A DNA stretch of 64,000 bases from Anaerolineae bacterium (GTDB lineage Bacteria > Chloroflexota > Anaerolineae > CG2-30-64-16). Of this stretch, positions 48,627 through 57,898 are shown in pieces. The stretch spans positions 573,061 through 637,060 of the forward strand of contig JAXGYZ010000002.1 of NCBI GenBank assembly GCA_040772005.1, in the 5' to 3' direction. Position numbers and translations under genes: made by a program. Under the pieces are notes generated by a model that was not told the origin of the DNA, searched no databases, and was given only the letters and a program-made list of their open reading frames with translations. How positions within the stretch are numbered: the stretch's first letter is position 1; each line of letters starts with the position of its first letter.

Positions 48627-49418
48627 TCAGCCGGCGGCGCGGGCGAGCCGCTGGCGCAGCACCTGGGGTGACTGTGCGCCGACAATCTGGTCCACGAGTT
48701 GTCCGTTGCGGAAGATGAGCAGGGTCGGGATGCCCTGGATGCTGAAGCGCGCGGGCGTGCGCGGGTTCTCGTCCACGTTGAGCTTGGCGACGACCGCACG
48801 GCCCGCGAATTCCGCGGCCAACTGCGACACCGCGGGGGCAATCATCTTGCACGGCCCGCACCACTCGGCCCAGAAGTCTACGAGGACCGGCAGCGACGTG
48901 CCGCGCAGCGTGGCGTCGAATGTGGCGTCAGTGAGGGTGATGGGCCGGCCTTCCCCGCGGGGCGCGCCCGCAGGCTCGCGGCGCGGCTCAGCGGGGCGCG
49001 GCGGTTCAGCGGGCCGCGCCGGTCCGCCGGATGCGCCGGCGGGCTGCAACGCAATGCTCGGCCCCGTCGGGGCAGGGGGGCGCGTGCCGCCGCGGGCCAG
49101 GTAATCCAGCCAGGCGGCCAGCTCCCGCTCGCCCGCCGTGCCCGTCCCGCGCTCGACGGTCCTGCCGTCGCGCACGAACACCAGTGCGGGCAGGTGGGTG
49201 ATGCCGTACTGCCGCGCAACCGCCGGCTCCTCATCCACGTTGACCCGCGCAATGAGCGCCTTCCCTGAATAGGTCTTCGCCAGCCGCTCCAACACCGGCG
49301 CAAGCTGGTCGCACGGCGGGCAGTCGCGGCGCCACAACACCAACAACACCGGCAGCCCGGCGTTCAGCACGCGGCCCAGGTTCGCTTCGTTCGTATGAAT
49401 CGGCGCATCAATCGCCAT
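48627..49418 (-). CDS. Thioredoxin with two tandem Trx domains (CPPC and CGPC active sites) joined by a Pro/Ala-rich linker
   Basis: WRRDCPPCDQ and WAEWCGPCKM motifs. GGAGGG RBS. Confidence 0.75.
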   Translation of the reverse strand: MAIDAPIHTNEANLGRVLNAGLPVLLVLWRRDCPPCDQLAPVLERLAKTYSGKALIARVNVDEEPAVARQYGITHLPALVFVRDGRTVERGTGTAGERELAAWLDYLARGGTRPPAPTGPSIALQPAGASGGPARPAEPPRPAEPRREPAGAPRGEGRPITLTDATFDATLRGTSLPVLVDFWAEWCGPCKMIAPAVSQLAAEFAGRAVVAKLNVDENPRTPARFSIQGIPTLLIFRNGQLVDQIVGAQSPQVLRQRLARAAG

Positions 49419-49520
49419 ACCATCCCTCCGTTCGACTTGCGGCTAGTTTGACGCAGCGGATTTCGCTGCGCTCAGATCGGATAAACGGATGGCCGTTCCT
49501 CGTCCACATCCTTCATCCGT

Positions 49521-51890
49521 TTATCCGTTGCGTCGCCGTGCCCACACCGCCAGCCCCACAATGCCCAACAGACCGATCGCTGCGGCCACCCATCCGACGC
49601 GCCACGGCGCGGGGCTGAAGGTCAATTCGACCTGGTGCTGGCCCGCGGGCACGGCCACGCCCTGAAACAGGTAGTTCGTGCGCCACGGCTCGCCCGCAGG
49701 CGCGCCGTCGATCGTCACGCGCCAGCCAGGATACCAGACCTGGCTTACGAAGATCAGTGCCGGAGCATCCGCATTGACCGAGAATGACAGGCGGTTGCGG
49801 CCTTGCCGGATGTCGCTGACCATGCCGCTGCCGCCCGCGGGGATCGCCGCGGTGGACGGCGCCTGGATGACCGCGGTCACCGTCGGGTCGAACCCGGCCG
49901 CGGTGACCGCCTGGAGCGCGGCGTCGGGCGACGGCTGGAACACGATGTCACGGACGATGAACGCGCGGGGGAGCGCCTGCCGGTTCTCGTAGACGTTCAG
50001 ATCGGGGTCGCCGTCGAAGGCCAGCGCGAACTTGCCCCAGTCCAGCTCGACATTCTTCTTCGCGATGACGTAGCGCACGTTCAGCAGATCGTAGAGCCGC
50101 GTGGAGCGCGAGCCGAGGCTGTTCCAGTAGCGCTCGAAGTCGGCCAGCACGAGCGGGTTCGCGACCCCGGCCACGTCCTCCAGCCCGTAGAGCAGCGCGG
50201 TGTCCGGCTGCCAGAGGGACTCGATCTGCGTCCGGCTGTCGATGCGGAACGGACCGGGCTGCGCCGCCAGGTAGGCCGCAATCGGCCCCTGTTCGAAGCT
50301 CTGCGAGGGGTCCTGGGTGCCGAGGTCCTGGTAAGCGGCGAGGCTGGCGACATCGAGGAAGATCAGCCCCGCAGCCAGCCAGCCGAGCGTGTTGGCGCGC
50401 GGCCAGCCGGAGCGCCACGCGGTCAGCCAAAGCCAGGACGCCGCGAGCAACCCCGCGAAGGTGATCACCGCGATGAGCGTGATGGAGATGCGGATGACGA
50501 TGGCCGGGTCGCGGTCCTGGACGAGCAGCAGCGCGAGGTAGGCCAGCGGGACTGCAACGGCCCAGGCCGCGGCGGTCGCGCGGCCCACCAGCCGCCAGGC
50601 GCGGTTGAAGACGGCTGCCGCGGGGCCGCTCAGCGGGCGGAGCAGGATGTCCAGCCCGAGCGCGGCCAGCCCGGCCAGCGCGAAGTCGGTCAGCAGGACG
50701 AACCGGGCCGGCGCGCGGAGCTGGCCGAACCCGGGCAGCAGCGTCAGCCAGCCGTGCGGGATGGCGTAGATGCCGAGCGCGAGGAGGAAGCTGCCCGCCG
50801 CAAGCGCGGCGAGCGCCCAGGTCCGCCGCTCACGGCGCAGCGCCAGCGCCAGCCCGGCCAGGATCAGCGGCAGGATGCCCAGGTAGCCGATCTCGACGCG
50901 CGGCCACGCGCCCCAGTGGAACTGCGGCCCGCGGCCGAAGAAACCGGGGATCAGCCAGCCGATCCACTGCGCGGGCGACAGGGAATAGCCCGCGGTCTCC
51001 GCATAGCTCCAATCCGCGCGGGCCGTCTCGCCCGCGAGCTGGAGCGAAGGCAGGAGGACCGGCGCGGCCAGCAGCACCGCAACGAGGAAACAGACAGCCA
51101 GCGTCAGCAGCGCGGCCGCGCCGCGCGCCTTGACGTCCGGCTCTGCGCGCGCCAGCCACACCTCGCACGCAGCATAGCAGGCCAGGGCAAGCGCGATGAA
51201 CAGCGTGGCCTGGATGTGGCCGGCGAGCGTCGCGACGGCCAGCAGCACGCCGGCGAGCGCAGCCCGGATAAGACGCCGGGTGCCCGGCAACGCTGCGCTG
51301 CCGGGCGCGAAGCCAAATGCCCAGAAGACCCAGGGCAGCCAACTGGCGACCGCGTTGAAATTGAGGTTGCCGAAGTGGGTCACGAACACATCGGAGAACA
51401 TGAAGGCCAGCGCACCCGCCAGGGCCGCAATGCGCCGCGTGCGGAGTCCGCGCGCCAGCCAGAGGTACATGCCTGCGCCCGCAAACCAGATGTGCGCGAT
51501 GCTCAACCCCTGCAGCGCGCTGTAGGGGAACGCGGGCCGGAGCAGGAAGAGCAGGAGGTTGGGCGGATAGAGGAAGCCGGCCTGGATGTCGCCCACATGG
51601 GGCGCGCCGCCGTACAGGTGCGGGTTCCACAGGGGCAGCGCGCCGTCGGCCAGCGCGGCAGCCGTGAAGCGATACGTTGGATAGAGGAAGGAGACCAGGT
51701 CACCGCCATCCGCCGGCATCCAGTTCTGACCGGCCAGGACGCGCCAGAAGAAGCCCAGCGTGGCGAGGGCCAGCACGCCCACCGCCAGCAGGTCCCGGTG
51801 CCAGGGGGTTGCCAGCCGGCCGCGGCGGTAGGCCGTCCAGACGCCTGCCAGCACCGCCAGCCAGAGCACAATCACGAAGAGCCAGCCCAT
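49521..51890 (-). CDS. YfhO-family large polytopic membrane protein (putative glycosyltransferase-like)
   Basis: 789 aa from MGWLFVIV (AAGGA RBS). Many TM helices, then a C-terminal extracytoplasmic domain. The upstream in-frame extension crosses a MITE and was rejected. Confidence 0.6.
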   Translation of the reverse strand: MGWLFVIVLWLAVLAGVWTAYRRGRLATPWHRDLLAVGVLALATLGFFWRVLAGQNWMPADGGDLVSFLYPTYRFTAAALADGALPLWNPHLYGGAPHVGDIQAGFLYPPNLLLFLLRPAFPYSALQGLSIAHIWFAGAGMYLWLARGLRTRRIAALAGALAFMFSDVFVTHFGNLNFNAVASWLPWVFWAFGFAPGSAALPGTRRLIRAALAGVLLAVATLAGHIQATLFIALALACYAACEVWLARAEPDVKARGAAALLTLAVCFLVAVLLAAPVLLPSLQLAGETARADWSYAETAGYSLSPAQWIGWLIPGFFGRGPQFHWGAWPRVEIGYLGILPLILAGLALALRRERRTWALAALAAGSFLLALGIYAIPHGWLTLLPGFGQLRAPARFVLLTDFALAGLAALGLDILLRPLSGPAAAVFNRAWRLVGRATAAAWAVAVPLAYLALLLVQDRDPAIVIRISITLIAVITFAGLLAASWLWLTAWRSGWPRANTLGWLAAGLIFLDVASLAAYQDLGTQDPSQSFEQGPIAAYLAAQPGPFRIDSRTQIESLWQPDTALLYGLEDVAGVANPLVLADFERYWNSLGSRSTRLYDLLNVRYVIAKKNVELDWGKFALAFDGDPDLNVYENRQALPRAFIVRDIVFQPSPDAALQAVTAAGFDPTVTAVIQAPSTAAIPAGGSGMVSDIRQGRNRLSFSVNADAPALIFVSQVWYPGWRVTIDGAPAGEPWRTNYLFQGVAVPAGQHQVELTFSPAPWRVGWVAAAIGLLGIVGLAVWARRRNG

Positions 51891-51974
51891 GTGCTGCTCA
51901 TCCTTTCGGGGGTCAGGGGTGCGATCTGAGCGGATGATACCACAGCCGCGGGGAAAAGCGGAATGGGTTACGGG

Positions 51975-52155
51975 CAGGAATTCCAAATGTAGGCGCACGG
52001 CGTCGGTGCAGCCGACGCACGGCATCCTGAGCGGAGGCCCGCAGGGCCGCAGTCGAAGGATCGCCACGGTGCAGGCGTGCTTCGACTACGTGCGCCGCTG
52101 CGCGGCGTCCATCCGCTCAGCATGCTTGCACCCTCGCGCACATTTGGAATTCCTG
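51975..52155. mobile_element. 181-bp MITE (family-F core) with perfect 16-bp TIRs CAGGAATTCCAAATGT and 9-bp target-site duplication GGTTACGGG (51966-51974 / 52156-52164)
   Basis: The inverted and direct repeats are exact in the sequence. No ORF inside. Sits in the yfhO promoter region. Confidence 0.65.
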
Positions 52156-52198
52156 GGTTACGGGACCGCGGTGTTTGTGAGTCCGCGGCATTTCAGGT

Positions 52199-52888
52199 AT
52201 GATGCCAGTCACTCAGATACACGAGGTTCTCCGATTGAAGCTTGATATCCGCCGCCTCTTCTGGCCGCTCATCGCACTCTGTGCAGCCCTTACGCTCATC
52301 GTGCTGGCCGTCATGCCCGCGGAAAAGACCATCGGCCAGGTCATTAAGATCGTCTATCTGCACGGCGCGCTGAGCCGCGCGGGGATGGTGGGGCTGGTGG
52401 CTGCGGGTGTGGCCGCGCTGATCTATTTCGTGGCACGGCGTCCTGCTGCAGGGGCGTGGGTGGAAGGGCTGCTCTTCAGCGGCTGGGCCTTCTGGACCGC
52501 GCATTTCATCGTCAGCATGCCGGCCACCCGGCTGACCTGGGGACCGTGGATCGCCTGGGGCGAGCCGCGCGTCACGATGACGCTGCAGGTCATCGGCGCG
52601 GGCCTGGTCATCATCGTGGTCACGCGCTTGATCGGCAGCCGGCTGTTCACGGCTGCGGCGGCGCTGCTGTTGGCCGTGGCAGTCGCCTTCATTGCCGGGC
52701 AGACGGGCGTCATCCGTCATCCGTTGGACCCCATCGGCGGCTCACCCTCGACGACGCTGCGCCTGGTGTACCTGTTATTGTTGATTCCCGTCATCGCAGC
52801 GATGTTTATGGTGGCCTGGCGACTCAGCGCGAATGTGGCCGAGCCGCTGGCGGCAGCGTCTCATAAGGAGACCGGGAGGACAGCATGA
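52199..52888 (+). CDS. Cytochrome c assembly family membrane protein (CcmC/CcsA-like, W-rich motif)
   Basis: WGPWIAWGEPRV resembles the WGxxWxWDPKE tryptophan-rich heme-handling motif. About 6 TM helices; 229 aa. Tentative. Confidence 0.45.
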   Translation: MMPVTQIHEVLRLKLDIRRLFWPLIALCAALTLIVLAVMPAEKTIGQVIKIVYLHGALSRAGMVGLVAAGVAALIYFVARRPAAGAWVEGLLFSGWAFWTAHFIVSMPATRLTWGPWIAWGEPRVTMTLQVIGAGLVIIVVTRLIGSRLFTAAAALLLAVAVAFIAGQTGVIRHPLDPIGGSPSTTLRLVYLLLLIPVIAAMFMVAWRLSANVAEPLAAASHKETGRTA

Positions 52889-54705
52889 AACTCGTCAACG
52901 TGGCGGAGATGCGCGAGCTGGAGCAGGTCACAGACGCCCGCGGCCATTCCTACAGCGCGATGATGGCGATGGCCGGGCAGTCCGTGGCCGGCCTTGCCAT
53001 TACACTGCGCTTGCTCGAACCCGACGAGCATGTGCTCGTGCTCGTCGGGCCGGGCAACAACGGCGGCGATGGTCTCGTGGCCGCGCGCGCGCTGCTCGAC
53101 GCAGGCGCGGAGGTGACGGTCTACATCTGGAAGCGCGACGTCAAGGGGGACGAGAATTTCCGCGTCCTGAAGCGCCGCCGCCGCCGGATCGCCATCCTCT
53201 GGGCCGACAATGATCCCGGCTTCGCGAAACTGCGCGAGGAACTCCGCCAGGTCGAGCTGGTGATCGATGCGCTGCTCGGCACGGGCGTCACGCGGCCCAT
53301 CGAGGCGCAACTGGCCGAGCTGCTTGCGGTGGTCAAGGAGGAGATCGCGGCACAGCGAAACATGGATGAGCTGCCTATGCCGGCGGGGCTATTTGCCGTG
53401 CCGCGCTTTCCGCTCATCGAGGCACAGACCTACGGCATGCCGCTGCCGCGGACCCGCGGGCCGTCGCTCGCAGGGCTGTCCGATGCGCTGTTCGATGAAG
53501 ACGAGCTGGGCGACGATGGTGAGTATGAGGACGAGGCCGGGTTCGACGATCCCGACTGGGACCAGCCGTGGGCGGACGACGATGAGATGCTTCCGCCGTG
53601 GCCGGAATTGCCGGTCCTGGCCGTGGACTGTCCGAGCGGGCTCAACTGCGACACCGGCGAGCTCGACCCGGCCGCGCTGGATGCAACGGTGACCGCCACC
53701 TTCGGGCTGCCGAAGTGGGGCCAGCTTGAGTATCCGGGCGCGGGGGCGTGCGGCCTCCTGTCGGTCGTAGACATCGGCATCCCGCCCGAGCCGGTCGAAG
53801 CATTGCCTGTTGAGGTGATCGAACCTGCGTATGTGCGGCAGTGGCTCCCGCAGCGGCTGGCGGATGCGCACAAGGGCACGTTCGGCAAGGCGCTCATCGT
53901 GGGCGGCTCGCTGAATTATACGGGCGCGGTCGGGCTGAGCGCGCGGGCGGCCGGTCGCGCGGGCGCGGGCCTGGTCACGCTGGCAATTCCTCTGCCGCTG
54001 CACGCGGCGCTGGCCGGCTGGCTGCCGGAGGCGACGTGGCTGCCGCTGCCGGGGCCGGAGGGCTGCCACACGGCAGAGGGTGCAGCCAGCCTGCTCGCCC
54101 AGGTCCAGGGCTACAGCGCGCTGCTGGTCGGCCCGGGGCTGACGACGAGCGACGGCGCACGCGCCTTTCTAGACAGGCTGTTCGCAGCCGACGGACTGGA
54201 TCGGGAAGCCTGGGCCGGCCGGGTGGTGGTCGACGCGGATGCGCTCAATCTGCTGGCGCAGGCGGCAGATTGGCCGGCGCGCCTGCCGCACGGCAGCATC
54301 CTGACGCCGCATCCGGGCGAGATGGGCCGGCTGACCGGACTGACGGCGAGCGAGGTGAACGCGCAACGCATCGAGCACGCCCGGCGCTATGCGGCGGAAT
54401 GGGGCCATATCGTGCTGCTCAAGGGGCCGCATACGGTGATTGCGTCACCGGACGGGCGGACGGCGGTCCTGCCGTTTGCGACGGCAGTGCTGGCAACCGC
54501 GGGCAGTGGGGATGTGCTGGCGGGGGCGATTGTGGCGATGCTGGCCCAGGGCCTGCCTGCGTTCGAAGCGGCCGTGGTGGGGGCCTATCTGCACGGTCAC
54601 GCAGGGATGATCATCGAGCGTTCGACCGGCCCCGCGGGGACAGTGGCCGGTGATCTGCCGGGGCGCTTCCCGGAGGCGCTGGGGCAGCTCCTGGGAGGAC
54701 GCTAG
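52885..54705 (+). CDS. nnr: Bifunctional NAD(P)H-hydrate epimerase / ADP-dependent (S)-NAD(P)H-hydrate dehydratase (YjeF N+C domains)
   Basis: N-terminal GPGNNGGDGL motif; C-terminal carbohydrate-kinase-like GGSLNYTGA...GSGDVLAG motif; acidic insert between the domains. ATGA overlap with the upstream gene. Confidence 0.8.
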   Translation: MKLVNVAEMRELEQVTDARGHSYSAMMAMAGQSVAGLAITLRLLEPDEHVLVLVGPGNNGGDGLVAARALLDAGAEVTVYIWKRDVKGDENFRVLKRRRRRIAILWADNDPGFAKLREELRQVELVIDALLGTGVTRPIEAQLAELLAVVKEEIAAQRNMDELPMPAGLFAVPRFPLIEAQTYGMPLPRTRGPSLAGLSDALFDEDELGDDGEYEDEAGFDDPDWDQPWADDDEMLPPWPELPVLAVDCPSGLNCDTGELDPAALDATVTATFGLPKWGQLEYPGAGACGLLSVVDIGIPPEPVEALPVEVIEPAYVRQWLPQRLADAHKGTFGKALIVGGSLNYTGAVGLSARAAGRAGAGLVTLAIPLPLHAALAGWLPEATWLPLPGPEGCHTAEGAASLLAQVQGYSALLVGPGLTTSDGARAFLDRLFAADGLDREAWAGRVVVDADALNLLAQAADWPARLPHGSILTPHPGEMGRLTGLTASEVNAQRIEHARRYAAEWGHIVLLKGPHTVIASPDGRTAVLPFATAVLATAGSGDVLAGAIVAMLAQGLPAFEAAVVGAYLHGHAGMIIERSTGPAGTVAGDLPGRFPEALGQLLGGR

Positions 54706-54719
54706 AACCGCATTGGGAA

Positions 54720-54781
54720 GGTTCGTAGTAGGCGCAGGTGCGCCAAATCAGGCACGGGCGCTAAAGCGCCTACTACAAACC
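54720..54781. repeat. Family-E hairpin element with 16-bp inverted termini GGTTCGTAGTAGGCGC / GCGCCTACTACAAACC
   Basis: Lies between convergent nnr and ytxH-like genes, so it may serve as a bidirectional terminator. Confidence 0.5.
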
Positions 54782-54797
54782 GATGGATCAGTTCTCC

Positions 54798-55172
54798 TCA
54801 GGGTAAGGGTGCGGAAGGTCCCTCGCCGGCCTGGGCGATCTTGCTCTGCACTTCCTGGACGGCCTGCTGCGCCTTCTTGACGTTATCCGCCAGTACGATC
54901 CGGCCACGCTCCTGCACATACTCCACCTGGTCGCGTGTCTGTCCCGCGAGGTGTTGCGCCTGCAGCCGCGCCTCGCGGGCTGCGTCTTCGGCCTGGCGCT
55001 TGGCATCCAGCGCAATCTGCTCGGCCTGGGACTTCAGCCCGGTGGCCTTCTCCTGCAACTGCCGCCGCGTCTCCTCGCCTGGTGTCGGGGCCAGCAACAA
55101 CGCTGCAGCCGCACCCGCCAGCGCACCCAACAGGAACCCCAGGACGAATCCACCATCCTCATTTTCGCTCAT
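54798..55172 (-). CDS. YtxH-domain protein (small stress/membrane-associated coiled-coil protein)
   Basis: GFVLGFLLGALAGAAAALLLAP N-terminal helix, then Q/A/E-rich coiled coil. GGGAGAG RBS. Confidence 0.55.
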   Translation of the reverse strand: MSENEDGGFVLGFLLGALAGAAAALLLAPTPGEETRRQLQEKATGLKSQAEQIALDAKRQAEDAAREARLQAQHLAGQTRDQVEYVQERGRIVLADNVKKAQQAVQEVQSKIAQAGEGPSAPLP

Positions 55173-55230
55173 GGTTGCTCTCCCTTCGTGAACATGCATC
55201 GATCAGGAATCAGACCGGCAGGCACGCAGC

Positions 55231-55518
55231 CTATTTGCGGTGGTTGCGTCCGCCGAACAGGGTGTTGACAGCTTGCCGCGCGCCCGCCGCATAGCTGGAT
55301 ACCTTCACGACCGGTTGAACCAGGTGGTCGCTCATAAAGGTGGCAGTCCCGCGCACCGTGCCGACGGTCTCTTGCGTTGACCGCAAGATGGGAATGACCT
55401 CCTCACGCAACAACTTGACCAGGCGAATAACCTGGATAACGAGTACGATGAGCGTTATCCCGATAATGATCGATTCAAGCGCTAACAAGATAATCGCGAT
55501 ATCACGTGCTGTAGCCAT
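55231..55518 (-). CDS. DUF948-family small membrane protein
   Basis: MATARDIAIILLALESIIIGITLIVLV TM helix, then coiled coil. GGAGG RBS. Confidence 0.55.
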   Translation of the reverse strand: MATARDIAIILLALESIIIGITLIVLVIQVIRLVKLLREEVIPILRSTQETVGTVRGTATFMSDHLVQPVVKVSSYAAGARQAVNTLFGGRNHRK

Positions 55519-55590
55519 TAATCCACCTCCCTCCCATGGCAACAAGTATAGCATAAGAGCCGCAGCGCGTAAAGGTGCTTTCTTTCCCTT

Positions 55591-55908
55591 TCAGGGCACA
55601 GGCAGGTCATCCTGGCGCGGCTGCCATAGGCGCCGGCCCAGGAACAGGGCGGCGAGCGCACCGAGCGAGCCCCAGAGCAGTTGTACATCGCCGATGCGGA
55701 GCCAGCTCAAGCCGGCGAGCAGCCCCAGCAGGTGGCCGACCCCAAACCCCACCAGCCCCACCACCAGGTCGCGAAGCCACTGGCCCCAACTGCCGCCCCG
55801 CCAGAGCGTGAACAGGATGCTGTAGATGAATGCCAGCAGCACGCTCAACCACAGCGCGGGGCTGAGGGCGAGATTCAACAGCCGGTCGAGTGTGCTGCTC
55901 GGAATCAT
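55591..55908 (-). CDS. Hypothetical small membrane protein (105 aa, 3 TM)
   Basis: ATG overlaps the mnmA stop (ATGA). Hydrophobic helices. The long upstream extension was rejected because it overlaps mnmA. Confidence 0.45.
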   Translation of the reverse strand: MIPSSTLDRLLNLALSPALWLSVLLAFIYSILFTLWRGGSWGQWLRDLVVGLVGFGVGHLLGLLAGLSWLRIGDVQLLWGSLGALAALFLGRRLWQPRQDDLPVP

Positions 55909-57008
55909 CGTTGCTCCGCCCGTTCGATGATGCCGCCGCCCAGGCAGATGGGGCCGTCGTAGATGACAGCGGCCTGGCCCGGCGTGACCCCGCGCTGAGG
56001 GTCCTCGAACACGACCTCGCACGTGCCAGCGGGCAGCGGCACGACTCGCGCGGGCGCAGGCCGGGCATGGTAGCGAATCTGCACTTCCGCATGGAACGGT
56101 GCGGGCGGCGCCTCGCCGCTGACCCAGTTCACCGGGCCTGTCCACAGCTGCTGCCGACCCAGCTCACCCGCAGGACCGACGACCAGGGCATTGCGGGCCA
56201 CGTCCAGTTCCAGGACATAGAGGGGCTGGCTGGCCGCGATGCCCAGTCCGCTGCGCTGGCCGATGGTGTAGAAGGGCAGCCCGCGGTGACGCCCCAGCTC
56301 GCGGCCGGCGCGGTCGAGAATGGGGCCGGGCTGCACGGCCTCCGCCGCATGGTCGGCCAGGAAGCGGCGGTAGTCGCCGTCCGCGATAAAGCAGAGGTCC
56401 TGGCTGTCGACGCGCGAGGCGGTGGGCAGGCCGCGCGCCGCGGCCAGCTCGCGCACCTCCGGCTTGGTGTAGCCGCCCACTGGAAAGAGTACCTGGGCGA
56501 GGTCGGCCTGGCCGAGCACGCTGAGGACATACGACTGGTCCTTGGCCCGGTCCGCGCCCCGGCGCAACTGGTAGCGGCCCTCTCTGTCCAGGCCGATTTG
56601 TGCATAGTGGCCGGTCGCCAGGTACGCCGCGCCGAGCGAGCGCGCGTAGCGCAGCAGGTGGCCGAAACGGATGTGCCGGTTGCAGGCGAGGCAGGGGTTG
56701 GGCGTCTGGCCGGCGGTGTAGCCCGCGATGAACAGGTCTACGACCTGTGTCTTGAACGTCTCCTCGACGTTGATGACGTAGAACGGGATGCCCAGCCGGT
56801 CGGCCACCCCGCGCGCATCGTGGACCGCCTCCACCGTACAGCAGCGGTTTGTGGCGGCCTCGACAGTGCCGCCCAACGTGGGCGCGACCGGCTCGGACCA
56901 GAGGCGCATCATCACCCCGATGACCTCGTAGCCCTGTTCGAGCAACAGCGCGGCCGCCACGGAGCTGTCTACCCCGCCGCTCATCGCGACAACGACGCGT
57001 TCGGTCAT
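55905..57008 (-). CDS. mnmA: tRNA-specific 2-thiouridylase (tRNA s2U34 synthase)
   Basis: [17 protein letters not shown]-loop; catalytic Cys region NPCLACN. Confidence 0.9.
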   Translation of the reverse strand: MTERVVVAMSGGVDSSVAAALLLEQGYEVIGVMMRLWSEPVAPTLGGTVEAATNRCCTVEAVHDARGVADRLGIPFYVINVEETFKTQVVDLFIAGYTAGQTPNPCLACNRHIRFGHLLRYARSLGAAYLATGHYAQIGLDREGRYQLRRGADRAKDQSYVLSVLGQADLAQVLFPVGGYTKPEVRELAAARGLPTASRVDSQDLCFIADGDYRRFLADHAAEAVQPGPILDRAGRELGRHRGLPFYTIGQRSGLGIAASQPLYVLELDVARNALVVGPAGELGRQQLWTGPVNWVSGEAPPAPFHAEVQIRYHARPAPARVVPLPAGTCEVVFEDPQRGVTPGQAAVIYDGPICLGGGIIERAEQR

Positions 57009-57010
57009 GC

Positions 57011-57898
57011 TTACCCCAGCTCACCCGGTGGATTGAAGCGCGCGTCATCCAACGACCGGCGGTGGAGCGCGATGACCAGCGCCCCGACCGTTGCGCAGTC
57101 AGGTTCGTCGGGCAGGGTGGTGACGGCCTCCGCTCTCATCAGGTCGGCCTGCAACCCCGCCACCAGATCCATCAACTCAGGATAGGAGTAGCGCCCGCAC
57201 AGAATCTCCTTGAGCCAGTCTGCATCCGGCCGTCGCACCTGCACGATGCCCTCGCCCAGTATCTCGATGCCCATCCGATAGAGGCGCACGAGGTGCATGG
57301 CATGCTTGGTGTCGTAGCCGTGCTGTGCCTCACGCTCGGCGCGTTCGGGGTTTCGGTTCGCGCGCCAGGCTTGATAATCCTGCCAGTGGCGTAGCGCCGC
57401 GCGGTAGCCTCGCTCCTGCCGGGTATCGGCGAAGCGGTAGCCGCCGCGCGGGTTTTCCTTGGCCCCGAATTCCGGGGGGGTGGGCTGGTGGTCCGGCGGA
57501 TTATTGAGCCACCGGTAATGCGTCTCCATCCGCTTGAGCTGGGCCGCGGCATAGCCGGCATACGTCTGGGCCACGCGGCGGGACAGGAATGCCCGCCGGA
57601 TGTCGCGCAACGCCTGCCCATACTCATCGGTGTACAGCACATCCTCATCCGCGGCCCAGAGGATATCAAGCATGTTGGGATTGTTTGCCAGGGCGAGCGA
57701 GACGAACTTGCCGAGGCTGTAGATAACGATCTCTTCGGCGCGGTTCTCATCTTGTTCGAAGCTGTCGAGGCCCAGCAGATAGCGCGCGGGCGGGATGCAC
57801 ACGCCCCGAATGTCCACATCGCTGTGCGGGCCGGCGGTGCCGAACGCCTGGCTGCCCCACACGGCCTTGAAGATGGTGTTGCGCTCAATCCAGTTCAT
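57011..57898 (-). CDS. Pol-beta-superfamily nucleotidyltransferase (predicted nucleotidyltransferase family, PF10127/DUF4037-like)
   Basis: [20 protein letters not shown] (GS-x10-DxD). Stop 3 nt before the mnmA start. Start overlaps its paralogue (ATGA). Confidence 0.6.
   Translation of the reverse strand: MNWIERNTIFKAVWGSQAFGTAGPHSDVDIRGVCIPPARYLLGLDSFEQDENRAEEIVIYSLGKFVSLALANNPNMLDILWAADEDVLYTDEYGQALRDIRRAFLSRRVAQTYAGYAAAQLKRMETHYRWLNNPPDHQPTPPEFGAKENPRGGYRFADTRQERGYRAALRHWQDYQAWRANRNPERAEREAQHGYDTKHAMHLVRLYRMGIEILGEGIVQVRRPDADWLKEILCGRYSYPELMDLVAGLQADLMRAEAVTTLPDEPDCATVGALVIALHRRSLDDARFNPPGELG

Noticed and set aside
49419-49520. 13-bp inverted repeat (ggataaacggatg...catccgtttatcc) and small hairpin upstream of the thioredoxin gene as a terminator for yfhO
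   Set aside because: No U-tract follows on the relevant strand. It is more likely a regulatory site for trx, but I could not support a specific call.
51891-52067. Upstream in-frame extension of yfhO to 52067 and of other minus-strand genes (e.g. 55909-56145, 59815-59913, 18461-18616)
   Set aside because: The extensions run through a MITE, through the mnmA coding region, or through RBS-bearing intergenic DNA. Internal ATGs with good Shine-Dalgarno sequences and hydrophobic N-termini are better starts.
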